A stretch of 64,000 nucleotides of DNA, taken from positions 8,024-72,023 of the forward strand of contig JAJACG010000032.1 in the NCBI GenBank assembly GCA_022601635.1, in the 5' to 3' direction. The notes under the pieces are model-generated. The model saw only the letters and a list, made by a program, of their open reading frames with translations. It made no database searches and was not told the origin of the DNA. Shown here in pieces: positions 17,577 through 26,300 of the stretch. Origin of the DNA: Chlamydiales bacterium. Lineage in GTDB: Bacteria > Chlamydiota > Chlamydiia > Chlamydiales > JAAKFR01. Numbering within the stretch: the stretch's first letter is position 1; every line of letters starts with the position of its first letter. The position numbers were made by a program, and so were the translations under genes.

Positions 17577-18353
17577 TTCTGTAGCAGTGATGTTTGTGAG
17601 CTCATAGCCAAAATATTCGATGTAGGGCCTGAGTCTTTTCTCTAGATACTCAATTACTTCAGGATCTTCGTCTAAAAAGCGGTTAGTCTTACCCTTATGA
17701 AGAGTGGGTGTCTTTTGCCCAACATTTTGCTGGATCACGCTGAGCGCCTGATCGGGAGCAAGCGGCTCTGTGCCTAGCACCTGCCTTACGGTATTCAATG
17801 TATTGACCATAAGGTCGGGAGAGGCGGTCTGGGGATGAAGATCTTCGTAGCGGACGACGGTACAAGTTGCCATCTGTTCAAGAGAAATGGCCGCTTCGAA
17901 GTTAGAGATCTGCCCAAATGGTCTTGGTCCCATATCGTCGAGAATAAGCTCCAGCTGCTCAATCAGTGTTAGCTCATTCCAAGTCTCTAGGCTTACCTCT
18001 TGGTAGAGCCCGGCCCACCAGCAGACGCCCTCTTTAAAGGTACCGGTGTAATCGACAGTAGAGAGAGCTACATCTCTTGGATCGCGCACGAGTAGTACAA
18101 AGGGCTTTTGTTGCGGGATAAGGGGTAGAACATTTTGCTCTGCATGGCCAAATACAACTACTGTCCTAGGCATTCCTCTGTAAAACATGCGAAAATACTC
18201 ACAGTGCAGGAGTCGGTAGGTTTTAAACTCCATGGTTTGGAGCATGGCTCTAAGATAGTGGGTGCCCGATTTAGGAACAGTCAGAATAAAGGGCGCTCTT
18301 GCTTCAACGATAGAACAGAGCGATAACAGAAGTGCGAAGATTAGAGTTTTCAT
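17571..18353 (-). CDS. Sulfotransferase-domain protein with an N-terminal signal peptide
   Basis: It starts at MKTLIFALLLSLCSIVEA. PKSGTHYL resembles the 5'-phosphosulfate-binding loop PKSGTTW. LLVRDPRDVALS and HKGKTNRFLDED resemble the 3'-phosphate-binding regions of PAPS-dependent sulfotransferases. Confidence 0.65.
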   Translation of the reverse strand: MKTLIFALLLSLCSIVEARAPFILTVPKSGTHYLRAMLQTMEFKTYRLLHCEYFRMFYRGMPRTVVVFGHAEQNVLPLIPQQKPFVLLVRDPRDVALSTVDYTGTFKEGVCWWAGLYQEVSLETWNELTLIEQLELILDDMGPRPFGQISNFEAAISLEQMATCTVVRYEDLHPQTASPDLMVNTLNTVRQVLGTEPLAPDQALSVIQQNVGQKTPTLHKGKTNRFLDEDPEVIEYLEKRLRPYIEYFGYELTNITATES

Positions 18354-18417
18354 CAGTAAAACCAAGATAATTTGAAGGGAGCAGTCTAGCAAACGGCAAC
18401 CATTTACTCAATCTTTA

Positions 18418-18587
18418 CTATAGGAAACCCTGAATAACTCGGTTGTTGGAGGTTCTGCCAAGATTTGCGACGCTGGGAAATTCGGAGCCTGGCACTAACC
18501 CCTTGCGGGTTAGTAAGGTCGAAAATGACACCGAATCGAAAATTGTGAAGGAAGATGCCGACGGGAGTTAATCAGGGCTTCCATAAG
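18418..18587 (+). mobile_element. Palindromic MITE-like element, full-length copy C (170 bp), intergenic
   Basis: CTATAGGAAACCCTGAATAACTCGG ... CGGGAGTTAATCAGGGCTTCCATAAG, with the shared core GGGAAATTCGGAGCCTGGCACTAACCCCTTGCGGGTTAG. It lies between the sulfotransferase gene and argS. Confidence 0.85.
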
Positions 18588-18650
18588 GACCATTTTAACA
18601 TATGTGTTAAAACAGGCCAGACCAAACTAACATATATGTTAGAATGGTCC
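18587..18650 (-). terminator. AT-rich 24-nt-arm inverted repeat abutting the argS stop codon (candidate 3' stem-loop)
   Basis: GGACCATTTTAACATATGTGTTAA ... CTAACATATATGTTAGAATGGTCC matches at 21 of 24 positions with a 16-nt loop. There is no clear U-tract. Confidence 0.4.
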
Positions 18651-20323
18651 TACATGCGGTCGACGGTTTTTAGACCTAAGATCTGTAATCCCCTTTCCAT
18701 CACACGCGCTGTCACCTCACATAGCAAAAGCCTCTCATTTTGCTCCGGCTCACCTTCAACACGACAATCACGGAAAAAGCTATTGAACTTCTGCGCCAAT
18801 GTATAGAGATACTCAGTCAAGTAGTGAGGGAAAAGATCGCGCTCATACGCAGCAAGCGTCTCATGAAAACGAAGAAGCGCCAGTCCCAAATCAATTTCAG
18901 AGGAATGTTTTAGCGCTATTTTTTCATTGGCAAGATCAACGGCGCCTGTCTTACGCTTAATGCCATTTACCCGCACATAGGAGTAGAGAATAAAGGCAGC
19001 CGTGTTGCCCTCAAAACGGAGCATCCGATCAAAACTAAAGACATAATCACTCACACGATTGGAGCAAAGATCTGCATACTTCACAGCATCTATTCCAAGC
19101 ACATGCGCCAGCTTATCATCATCCTGACCACGCTCTTTTAGAATCTGTTTCGCCTTCTGTACCGCCTCATCAAGCAGATCCGCAAGCCGCACCACATCAC
19201 CACTGCGCGTCTTAAACTTTTTGCCATCCTCTCCAAGCACCACTCCAAAAGTGACATGATCAAATGGAACATGCTCAGGGTCATAGTAGCCCGCCTTTTC
19301 AGCTGTCTTTTTGATCAGATCAAAGTGCAAGCTCTGTCCTGCATCCGTTACAACAATAATGCGATCCGCTTTTTCCTCTTCAACACGGTGCAAAATCGCA
19401 GCCATATCGGTTGTATCATAGTTGTAGCCACCATCTGATTTCTGCACCATTAGAGGAATACGGAAGCCATCATGAAAAATGCATTTTGCTCCCTCAGAGA
19501 GCGTTACAAGCCCCTTTTTCTCAAGATCAGTAACAACTTTGGGAAGATCAGGATTGTAAAATGACTCCCCACGCTCCTCAAGTTTGATATCCAAAGTGTC
19601 GTAAATCTGAGCGAATGCCTTGCGCGAAATCTCACAGATGCGCTCCCACTCTTTCAATGCCTGCTCATCACCGCCTTGCAAAGCGACAACAGCCTCGCGC
19701 GCCCTTGTTTTGAACGCCTCATCACTGTCAAACCTCTCCTTAGAGGCGCGGTACCACTGCATCAAAGTAGGCAGATCAGCCTCCTGCTCACCTATCTCCT
19801 CTCGAATGTAAGCAATCAACATCCCAAAGGCTGTTCCCCAATCTCCCACATGGTTCAGACGCAAAACATCATGACCCAAAAACTCAAAAAGTCTGGCAAT
19901 ACTATCACCTATAATCGTCGAGCGTAGATGACCCACATGCATCTCTTTCGCAATATTTGGAGAGGAAAACTCCACTATGATTCGCTTTTTCTCTTTAGGA
20001 AGCGAGACAGCCAGGCGCTCATCGTGCGCCATCTCATTGAGTCTGCTGCTCAAATAGTTGGCATCAATCGTCAAGTTGATGAACCCTGGGCCAGCCACCT
20101 CAACCTTGGAAAACATCGGCCCCTCAAGCCTCTTGGCCAAAGCCGAAGCGATCTCGCGTGGATTCTTCTTCGCCGCCTTTGCCAACTTCATCGCAGAGTT
20201 ACACTGGTAGTGACCAAACTTCTCAGAAGTGGCAGGTGTCACCTCCACCGCGCTCTCAACTTCTGGAAATTCCGCAGCCAGTGCCTCTTCAACTTGGTGA
20301 TCTATTTCAGCAATCAATGTCAT
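18650..20323 (-). CDS. argS: Arginine--tRNA ligase
   Basis: 557 aa with SSPNIAKEMHVGHLRST (HIGH region), a class I ArgRS layout and a C-terminal anticodon-binding domain ending in ...DRM. Confidence 0.97.
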   Translation of the reverse strand: MTLIAEIDHQVEEALAAEFPEVESAVEVTPATSEKFGHYQCNSAMKLAKAAKKNPREIASALAKRLEGPMFSKVEVAGPGFINLTIDANYLSSRLNEMAHDERLAVSLPKEKKRIIVEFSSPNIAKEMHVGHLRSTIIGDSIARLFEFLGHDVLRLNHVGDWGTAFGMLIAYIREEIGEQEADLPTLMQWYRASKERFDSDEAFKTRAREAVVALQGGDEQALKEWERICEISRKAFAQIYDTLDIKLEERGESFYNPDLPKVVTDLEKKGLVTLSEGAKCIFHDGFRIPLMVQKSDGGYNYDTTDMAAILHRVEEEKADRIIVVTDAGQSLHFDLIKKTAEKAGYYDPEHVPFDHVTFGVVLGEDGKKFKTRSGDVVRLADLLDEAVQKAKQILKERGQDDDKLAHVLGIDAVKYADLCSNRVSDYVFSFDRMLRFEGNTAAFILYSYVRVNGIKRKTGAVDLANEKIALKHSSEIDLGLALLRFHETLAAYERDLFPHYLTEYLYTLAQKFNSFFRDCRVEGEPEQNERLLLCEVTARVMERGLQILGLKTVDRM

Positions 20324-20937
20324 TTTTGCAGTGCCTTCCTTAGCTTTCGAATCTCATCCATAATCTCACCACCAATTGCCCTTTGTAACTCTTTGCGATC
20401 CCCCCCCCTTTTGCTAAAGTCGATCGGCTTACCAAAGACAATGGTGATCCTCCCAAATAGTTTGGGCTTTTTGCGATGACAGCTCCACGCATCGTAGGTT
20501 CCATCAACATAGATTGGAACTACAGGAGATTTTGAGCGCATCACAAGCAGGCCAATTCCCGGCAACGCCTCCTGAAACTCTCCAGTCGTCGTCCGCGTCC
20601 CCTCTGGAAAAAGCGCCACCTTATAGCCCTCTTTTGTCTTCGCTATAACCTGACGAAAGAGCGCCGCATTCTCCTCCCCTCTCTTAATGGGTAAAGAACG
20701 ACACTGCTTCAACATCCATGTCAACACCTTTGAATTAAAGAGCGAGCCGCGCGCCAAGAAAAAGGGCACATCGGGCCACATCACACACCCCATCAATGGT
20801 GGATCGATAAATGAGGCGTGGTTAGCTGCCAAAATAGCAGCGCCCTTAGGTATATTCTCCTTACCCACAACACGGAGGCGAAAGAAGATTTTTAAGTAGC
20901 AGAAGACTATAACTGAAGCAAGGGTTCGGAAAATCAT
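20320..20937 (-). CDS. plsC: 1-acyl-sn-glycerol-3-phosphate acyltransferase
   Basis: 205 aa with the acyltransferase motifs NHASFIDP (HX4D) and FPEGTRT. It contains a G9 tract at 20400..20408. Confidence 0.85.
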   Translation of the reverse strand: MIFRTLASVIVFCYLKIFFRLRVVGKENIPKGAAILAANHASFIDPPLMGCVMWPDVPFFLARGSLFNSKVLTWMLKQCRSLPIKRGEENAALFRQVIAKTKEGYKVALFPEGTRTTTGEFQEALPGIGLLVMRSKSPVVPIYVDGTYDAWSCHRKKPKLFGRITIVFGKPIDFSKRGGDRKELQRAIGGEIMDEIRKLRKALQK

Positions 20938-21578
20938 GTGCGGTTGGGCAAAAGGGTTGAGATTTTCTCGACAACCTGCTCAATCGTCATGTCAGATGTG
21001 TCGATCAGATGCGCATCTTCAGCCTGCTTCAGCGGCGAGATTTCACGCGTGCTATCAAAATGGTCGCGCTCTGTGAGTTGCGTCAACACCTCTTCCTGAG
21101 TCGTTGCCACCTTGTCCTTCAACTCCAAATAGCGCCGCTCGGCACGAACCGAAGCGCGCGCTGTCAAAAAGATCTTGATGTCAGCCTGTGGAAAGACCAC
21201 AGTTCCTAAATCGCGCCCCTCAAAAACAGCGTGACGCGATTGTGCAAAGTTGCGCTGCACATGAATCAACATCTCACGCACAGAAGCAAGCGCCGCCACA
21301 GAAGAGACCTTCGCAGTCACCTCCGGTGTGCGAATCTTCTCCGTTACATCCTCACCATTGGCAAAGTAGTGACCATCCGTCACTTCAAATTCAAATTGTT
21401 TGAGACACTCCCCCATCTGCTCACTGTTTTGAATGTCTACCCCCCCCTTCAAAACAGCTGTAGTCAGACAGCGATACAACGCGCCCGTGTCAAAGTAGTG
21501 ATAACCCAGCTTTTTAGCAATCTGCTTAGCAATCGTTGTCTTGCCTGTGCCTGCTGGTCCATCAATCACAATAATCAT
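20934..21578 (-). CDS. cmk: Cytidylate kinase
   Basis: 214 aa with the P-loop IVIDGPAGTGKTTIAKQIA and YFDTGALYR. Confidence 0.95.
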   Translation of the reverse strand: MIIVIDGPAGTGKTTIAKQIAKKLGYHYFDTGALYRCLTTAVLKGGVDIQNSEQMGECLKQFEFEVTDGHYFANGEDVTEKIRTPEVTAKVSSVAALASVREMLIHVQRNFAQSRHAVFEGRDLGTVVFPQADIKIFLTARASVRAERRYLELKDKVATTQEEVLTQLTERDHFDSTREISPLKQAEDAHLIDTSDMTIEQVVEKISTLLPNRT

Positions 21579-22477
21579 GCGTACAATACCCTCAAAAAGA
21601 TGTAGAGAACAGGTGATGTGAAGAGCATCGAATCTGTCATATCCAAAATACCACCCACTCCAGGCAGCGTGTTACTATCCTTAACATTGGCATCCCGCTT
21701 CAACAGCGACTCCGCCAAATCCCCCAATTGACCAAATATGCCCAGCAAAACTCCCAGCCAAACTGAACTCATATAGGAAAACCCCATGAAAACCTGACCA
21801 AAACGTTTTCCTAAGTAGCAGAGCAAAAGACTCATGCCTATCGAACAAACCAAACCACCAAGTGCGCCCTCAAACGTCTTATTAGGACTGATCGAAAAGG
21901 CCAGCTTGCGCCTGCCTGCCGTTCGACCAACAAAGTAGCCCCCCATATCAGAGATCTTAGTCACCACAATGAGATAGATGATCCACCAGCTTCCTTGAAA
22001 ATGAGGATCTGCTTGTCCATCAAAAACAAAGAAATACATGATGCGCACCATCAAAGCAAAAGGCACCGCTAGATAGACAATGCCCAAAAAGCTGGTAGCA
22101 ATATTAACGATCGGATCCTTCCCGACCCAAGCATAGCGCACAAAACAGCCAAAAAAGCCAATGGTCAAAATAATCTCCGGCATCTTCTGCCAAAGAGTAT
22201 GCCAATGAGGATGCGGCCCTTGCGTTTTGAAGAAGGTGGCAAAAATGTAGAGGACAGCTGTCACTACACCCAGGGTAAAGGCGGGCGAAAAGCCCTTCTG
22301 CTTCACCAAAACATAGTATTCAAAAAGTGCAATCGCAGCAATGCCCGCAACTGCCGAGGTAAAGACCCAACGCAGCGGCGCATAGGCTCCTAAAAAAATA
22401 AATGCGGCCACAAGAACACTACTGATACTCATGATCAGCAATCTTGATGTAAACTCACTTCTCTTTTTTTCACTCAT
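21575..22477 (-). CDS. cdsA: Phosphatidate cytidylyltransferase
   Basis: 300 aa and polytopic. The C-terminal signature SLLKRDANVKDSNTLPGVGGILDMTDSMLF is typical of CdsA. Confidence 0.9.
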   Translation of the reverse strand: MSEKKRSEFTSRLLIMSISSVLVAAFIFLGAYAPLRWVFTSAVAGIAAIALFEYYVLVKQKGFSPAFTLGVVTAVLYIFATFFKTQGPHPHWHTLWQKMPEIILTIGFFGCFVRYAWVGKDPIVNIATSFLGIVYLAVPFALMVRIMYFFVFDGQADPHFQGSWWIIYLIVVTKISDMGGYFVGRTAGRRKLAFSISPNKTFEGALGGLVCSIGMSLLLCYLGKRFGQVFMGFSYMSSVWLGVLLGIFGQLGDLAESLLKRDANVKDSNTLPGVGGILDMTDSMLFTSPVLYIFLRVLYA

Positions 22478-23196
22478 TTCCCCACGCGCCTCTTTCGTTT
22501 TCCGAAGCTTAGCACAGCTTCTAATAATTCTTTAGGAGTAAAGTCGGGCCAAAGTGTTTCTGTCAAATAGATCTCTGCATAGCTTAGCTGCCAGAGCAAA
22601 AAGTTACTGACCCGCATCTCTCCACTTGTTCGTATAAACAGATCGAGAGGGGCAAGTCCAGAGGTATCGAGGTGATCATCAAAAAGCTCCTCGGTCACTC
22701 TATCTATCTCTCCCCTCTTGGCGCGTTCCAAAAGGCGGTTGCAAGCGCGGCAGATCTCATCTCTACCACCATAGTTGATCGCAATAGTCACCCGCATGCG
22801 CGTGCCATACCGGGTCGCCTCATGCACCCTCTTCAGCTCATTTTGAATTTTTTCTGGGAAAGCAGAAACATCGCCAATCACACCCATTGAGATGGAATTT
22901 TGCACCATCTTGTCACACTTATCACGAAGAAAAACCTCCATGATTTTCAGCAAAGTTTTCACTTCACTCTTGGAGCGATTCCAATTTTCTGTAGAAAAGG
23001 CATAGAGAGTGAGCTCACTGATGCCCATCTCAGCCGCCGCTTCAACAATTGTGTCGACATTGTCAGCACCTTGCCAATGGCCCGGTTTGAGAAGCCCACG
23101 CTTCTTCGCCCAGCGTCTGTTGCCATCCATAACAATGGAAACATGCTGCGGCATCTTCGTGATTTGGGCCAATTCCTCGGGTTGATAATGCGCCAT
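22474..23196 (-). CDS. uppS: Undecaprenyl (di-trans,poly-cis) diphosphate synthase
   Basis: 240 aa with HVSIVMDGNRRWAKKRG and FSTENWNRSKSEV, and the C-terminal RTSGEMRVSNFLLWQLSYAE. Confidence 0.95.
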   Translation of the reverse strand: MAHYQPEELAQITKMPQHVSIVMDGNRRWAKKRGLLKPGHWQGADNVDTIVEAAAEMGISELTLYAFSTENWNRSKSEVKTLLKIMEVFLRDKCDKMVQNSISMGVIGDVSAFPEKIQNELKRVHEATRYGTRMRVTIAINYGGRDEICRACNRLLERAKRGEIDRVTEELFDDHLDTSGLAPLDLFIRTSGEMRVSNFLLWQLSYAEIYLTETLWPDFTPKELLEAVLSFGKRKRRVGK

Positions 23197-23306
23197 GATT
23201 GATGTTGGGCATCATATAGGCTGTAAGATTTGATATCAAGGATGGAAGATTTGACAGTTAGTCGCGTGATTGATATCCTTGCATGATTCAAAAAAAGGGA
23301 ATCTAC

Positions 23307-26300
23307 ATGGAAAAACGCAAACGTTGGCAACTCTTTCTCATCCTGACCGTCTTAGCGCTCACTGTCTATAACATCCTTCCAACCGTCTTCTATTACTCCA
23401 AATCTTTGAAGAGTCCGATTGATGAAAAGGAAGCGTATAAGGTGAGTGAGCAGATTGCCCACCGTGTGAACGGCCTTGAGGCCTTTTCACTCTCCTGGAT
23501 CCGCGCACAGACGAAGAACTTAGGTGTCAAAACCACCAAAATTGCGCTTGATGAGAACGATCCTAAGCTGGTTCATGTCTACTTCAAAAAAGAAGCAGAT
23601 GCACTCTTCTTTCATAAAACACTTTATAGGGCGGGGGCGTTGATTCCCTTCACACCTGCGCAACTCTCTCCCACTGATCTCGATGAGAAGCATGTGGTTG
23701 TTCAAAGAAGAGTTGGTATCCATCTAAACAACAAGGAACTTAACGACTTCTTCCACTTTGTTCCTAAGACAGCAGATGGCGAACTTTCAGCTCCTTACCG
23801 CGCCCTGATTGGCGAGCGAGCTGCTGAAGTCGCTGTTGGCTTTGCTGGAGTGAGTGAGCCGGCGCGTCTCCTGATGGCGCTTGCAGATGGACGCTCTGAT
23901 GAGAATGAGGCGGTGATCCGTTTGGCTCGTTCCATTGTTGAGTATGACAACAATTTTGGTGATAAGAGCGCCATTTCAAAGCGCTATTTTTCCAGTTTCT
24001 CTGCCGTGCCTAAGGGTGTGGATCGCTCCAGATTGATCCACAGCTTTGTGGGCAGGCTGGAAAACATTAGTAAGATTTTGAAGACGCGCATTGCGAAATT
24101 AGAAGAGCAGAAGAGCGCTGAACAGTTCTTAGATTCTGTGCAGCAGCAGCGCCTTGAGGTCTTTGAAAATCAAAAGGGCATGGTTGATTCAGCTTTGACC
24201 ATTGTGCGTCGCAATAGCGCCCAATTTGAGAGGGGGCCAGCGCCACTTGAGCGTGAGCAGCTGATGCGCACTCTTGTTAGCAGCAAAATTGACCAGACCA
24301 AGGTTCAAAATATCGATCTTGGGAATCACAACCCCTTTGTGAGCCGCATCGAAATTGATTGGAATCGCGATCAGCTGGAAATCGTCTTGCATGATGATGT
24401 GGTTGCGATTCGAACAAAAGAGGGCCATTCTGAAGCGCTAGCCATTAAGCAGGAAAAGCTCAATCAACTTCTTTTTAATGAGGTTGCTCTTGTTGCTAGA
24501 TCAAGTGATGAGACGATCACACCGGCTGTTGCCCACTTTAAAGTGACGCTCAACCAACTGACTAATAGCTCAAGTCTCTTGCTTCTGGATCTTGAAAAGG
24601 TGGCCCAGGTACAAGCTGAGACGCTTGCCCATCTACTGCAGACGCAGTGGCAAGAGGAGAGTGGCGAGCTAAGTGCTACCAACTACCCAATTGTTTATGG
24701 TGGTGGGAAGGAGCCACGTCTTGGCCTTGTGATCATGACACCAACTGCCAATGAAAGCTCTAAAGAGGGCTTTAGAGCGGGTTCTTTGTATGTGATTGCG
24801 AAGGGCATGGGATCGATCCGTCAAAAGTATATGGATCTTCCAGACTCAGCAGAGAAGAGCGCCTATGAATCTAGCTTCATGCAGCTGCAGGAGCTTCTGC
24901 GAGCAAACGGCTTCATCGGCTATGCTGGTGAACATTCAGGTCTTCCTGCAAGCTACAAAGATGATTATGTCTTTGAGTTGGATGACTATGCTGCCTATTT
25001 GATTGCGGCAACGCGTGAGAATTTCCAGGTAAAGGGATCGAAGAGATCGGCGATCTTGGAATTCACTGACAAGGAAGAGCGTCTTTTGACGCGCAACAAG
25101 ATTGACACACGCATCCAAGAGGACTTGGTGAAGTGGCAAGATGAGTATCGTCAGGCGCGTGTGGCTGTTGATGAGAAGGCGCGTTATGATGTGCCTCGGC
25201 CGACAAAGAATGTTTTGTTTAGTAATTTGAAGTTGAGCGCTCTCAAATATTTCCGTGGTGATGAGCGCAAGATTTTGAAGTGGGGCCTCGATCTTTCTGG
25301 TGGTAAGACTGTGCGCATTGGCTTGCGTAATCAAGAGGGTCAAACCATCTCTGATGAGAATGATTTGAAGCAAGCAGTTGGTGAGCTCTACTCGCGTGTC
25401 AACCGTTTGGGTGTTTCTGAAGTTGCGATTCGCACAGAGGGTTCCTCCATTGTTCTTGACTTTCCAGGGTCTCAAGCACTCTCTGCTTCTGAATTGATTC
25501 AGTCGTCAGCGATGTATTTCAACATTGTGAATGAGAAATTTTCTCAGAGTAATCCGACGCTGGCTGAAGCGGTCAACACCTTCTTAGAGGAGGTGTGGAA
25601 CGAGGCTGTGATCACCAATCGCACCGATGTGGAGAGCATCAATGAGATTGCATGGTCACATTTGGGCGGAAATCCTGATAACCCTGAGGAATTTAATCCC
25701 TACACGAGCCACGGCAAACTACTCTACGACCACGGTCTGCGCTTTGCAGGACCGAGAGCTGCCGCGCGCTCGAACGCATTTGATGATACAGTGAGTGCGG
25801 TTGCGGTTTTCAGAGGCAGTGATTATACACAGTGGCAGGGGCAGACCTATCCGCTCTTGATCACCTTCCGCAACTATGCGCTTGAGGGTGCCAACTTGGC
25901 AGACGTTCAAGCTGGCTACGATCCAAAAGAGGGCAACATGCTCTTCTTTGGTGTGAAGGGTTCTTACACAAACAAGTTTGGCCAAAAGGTTAATCCGCGC
26001 GATCTCTTCCACACTTGGACTGCTGCTTATGCAGAGGACAAGATTGGTGGAACAGACAAGGAGAGCTATAGCCGTGGACGCGGTTGGAGAATGGCTGTGA
26101 TCCTCAATGGCACAGTGATCAATGCGCCAACGTTAAACTCCACTTTGAGGGATCAAGCGCGTATCACTGGAAACTTCTCTCAAAGAGAGGTAAACCAGCT
26201 TGTGGCAGATCTTAAGGCGGGCTCTTTGAGCTTTACTCCGCAGATTTTATCTGAGGAGAATGTGAGCCCAGATTTGGGAGCGGCTCAAAGAAGTCAGGGT

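Noticed and set aside
20400-20408. Homopolymeric G9 tract (minus strand) in plsC, plus G8 tracts in cmk (21440..21447) and pabC (45164..45171), considered as possible phase-variation switches.
   Set aside because: By my rough estimate about one run of 8 or more is expected by chance in 128 kb of two-strand sequence at this base composition. The tracts sit in housekeeping genes where on/off switching is implausible, and each encodes Gly-Gly (RGGD, KGGV, GEGGE). They are worth remembering only as sequencing-error hot spots.
24936-25475. A 179-aa ORF antisense to secDF, and similar antisense ORFs within recJ, gltX, the efflux genes, pabB, the UDPGP gene and the F-box gene.
   Set aside because: All are nested inside genes with strong homology or consistent domain structure on the opposite strand. 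None has independent support.
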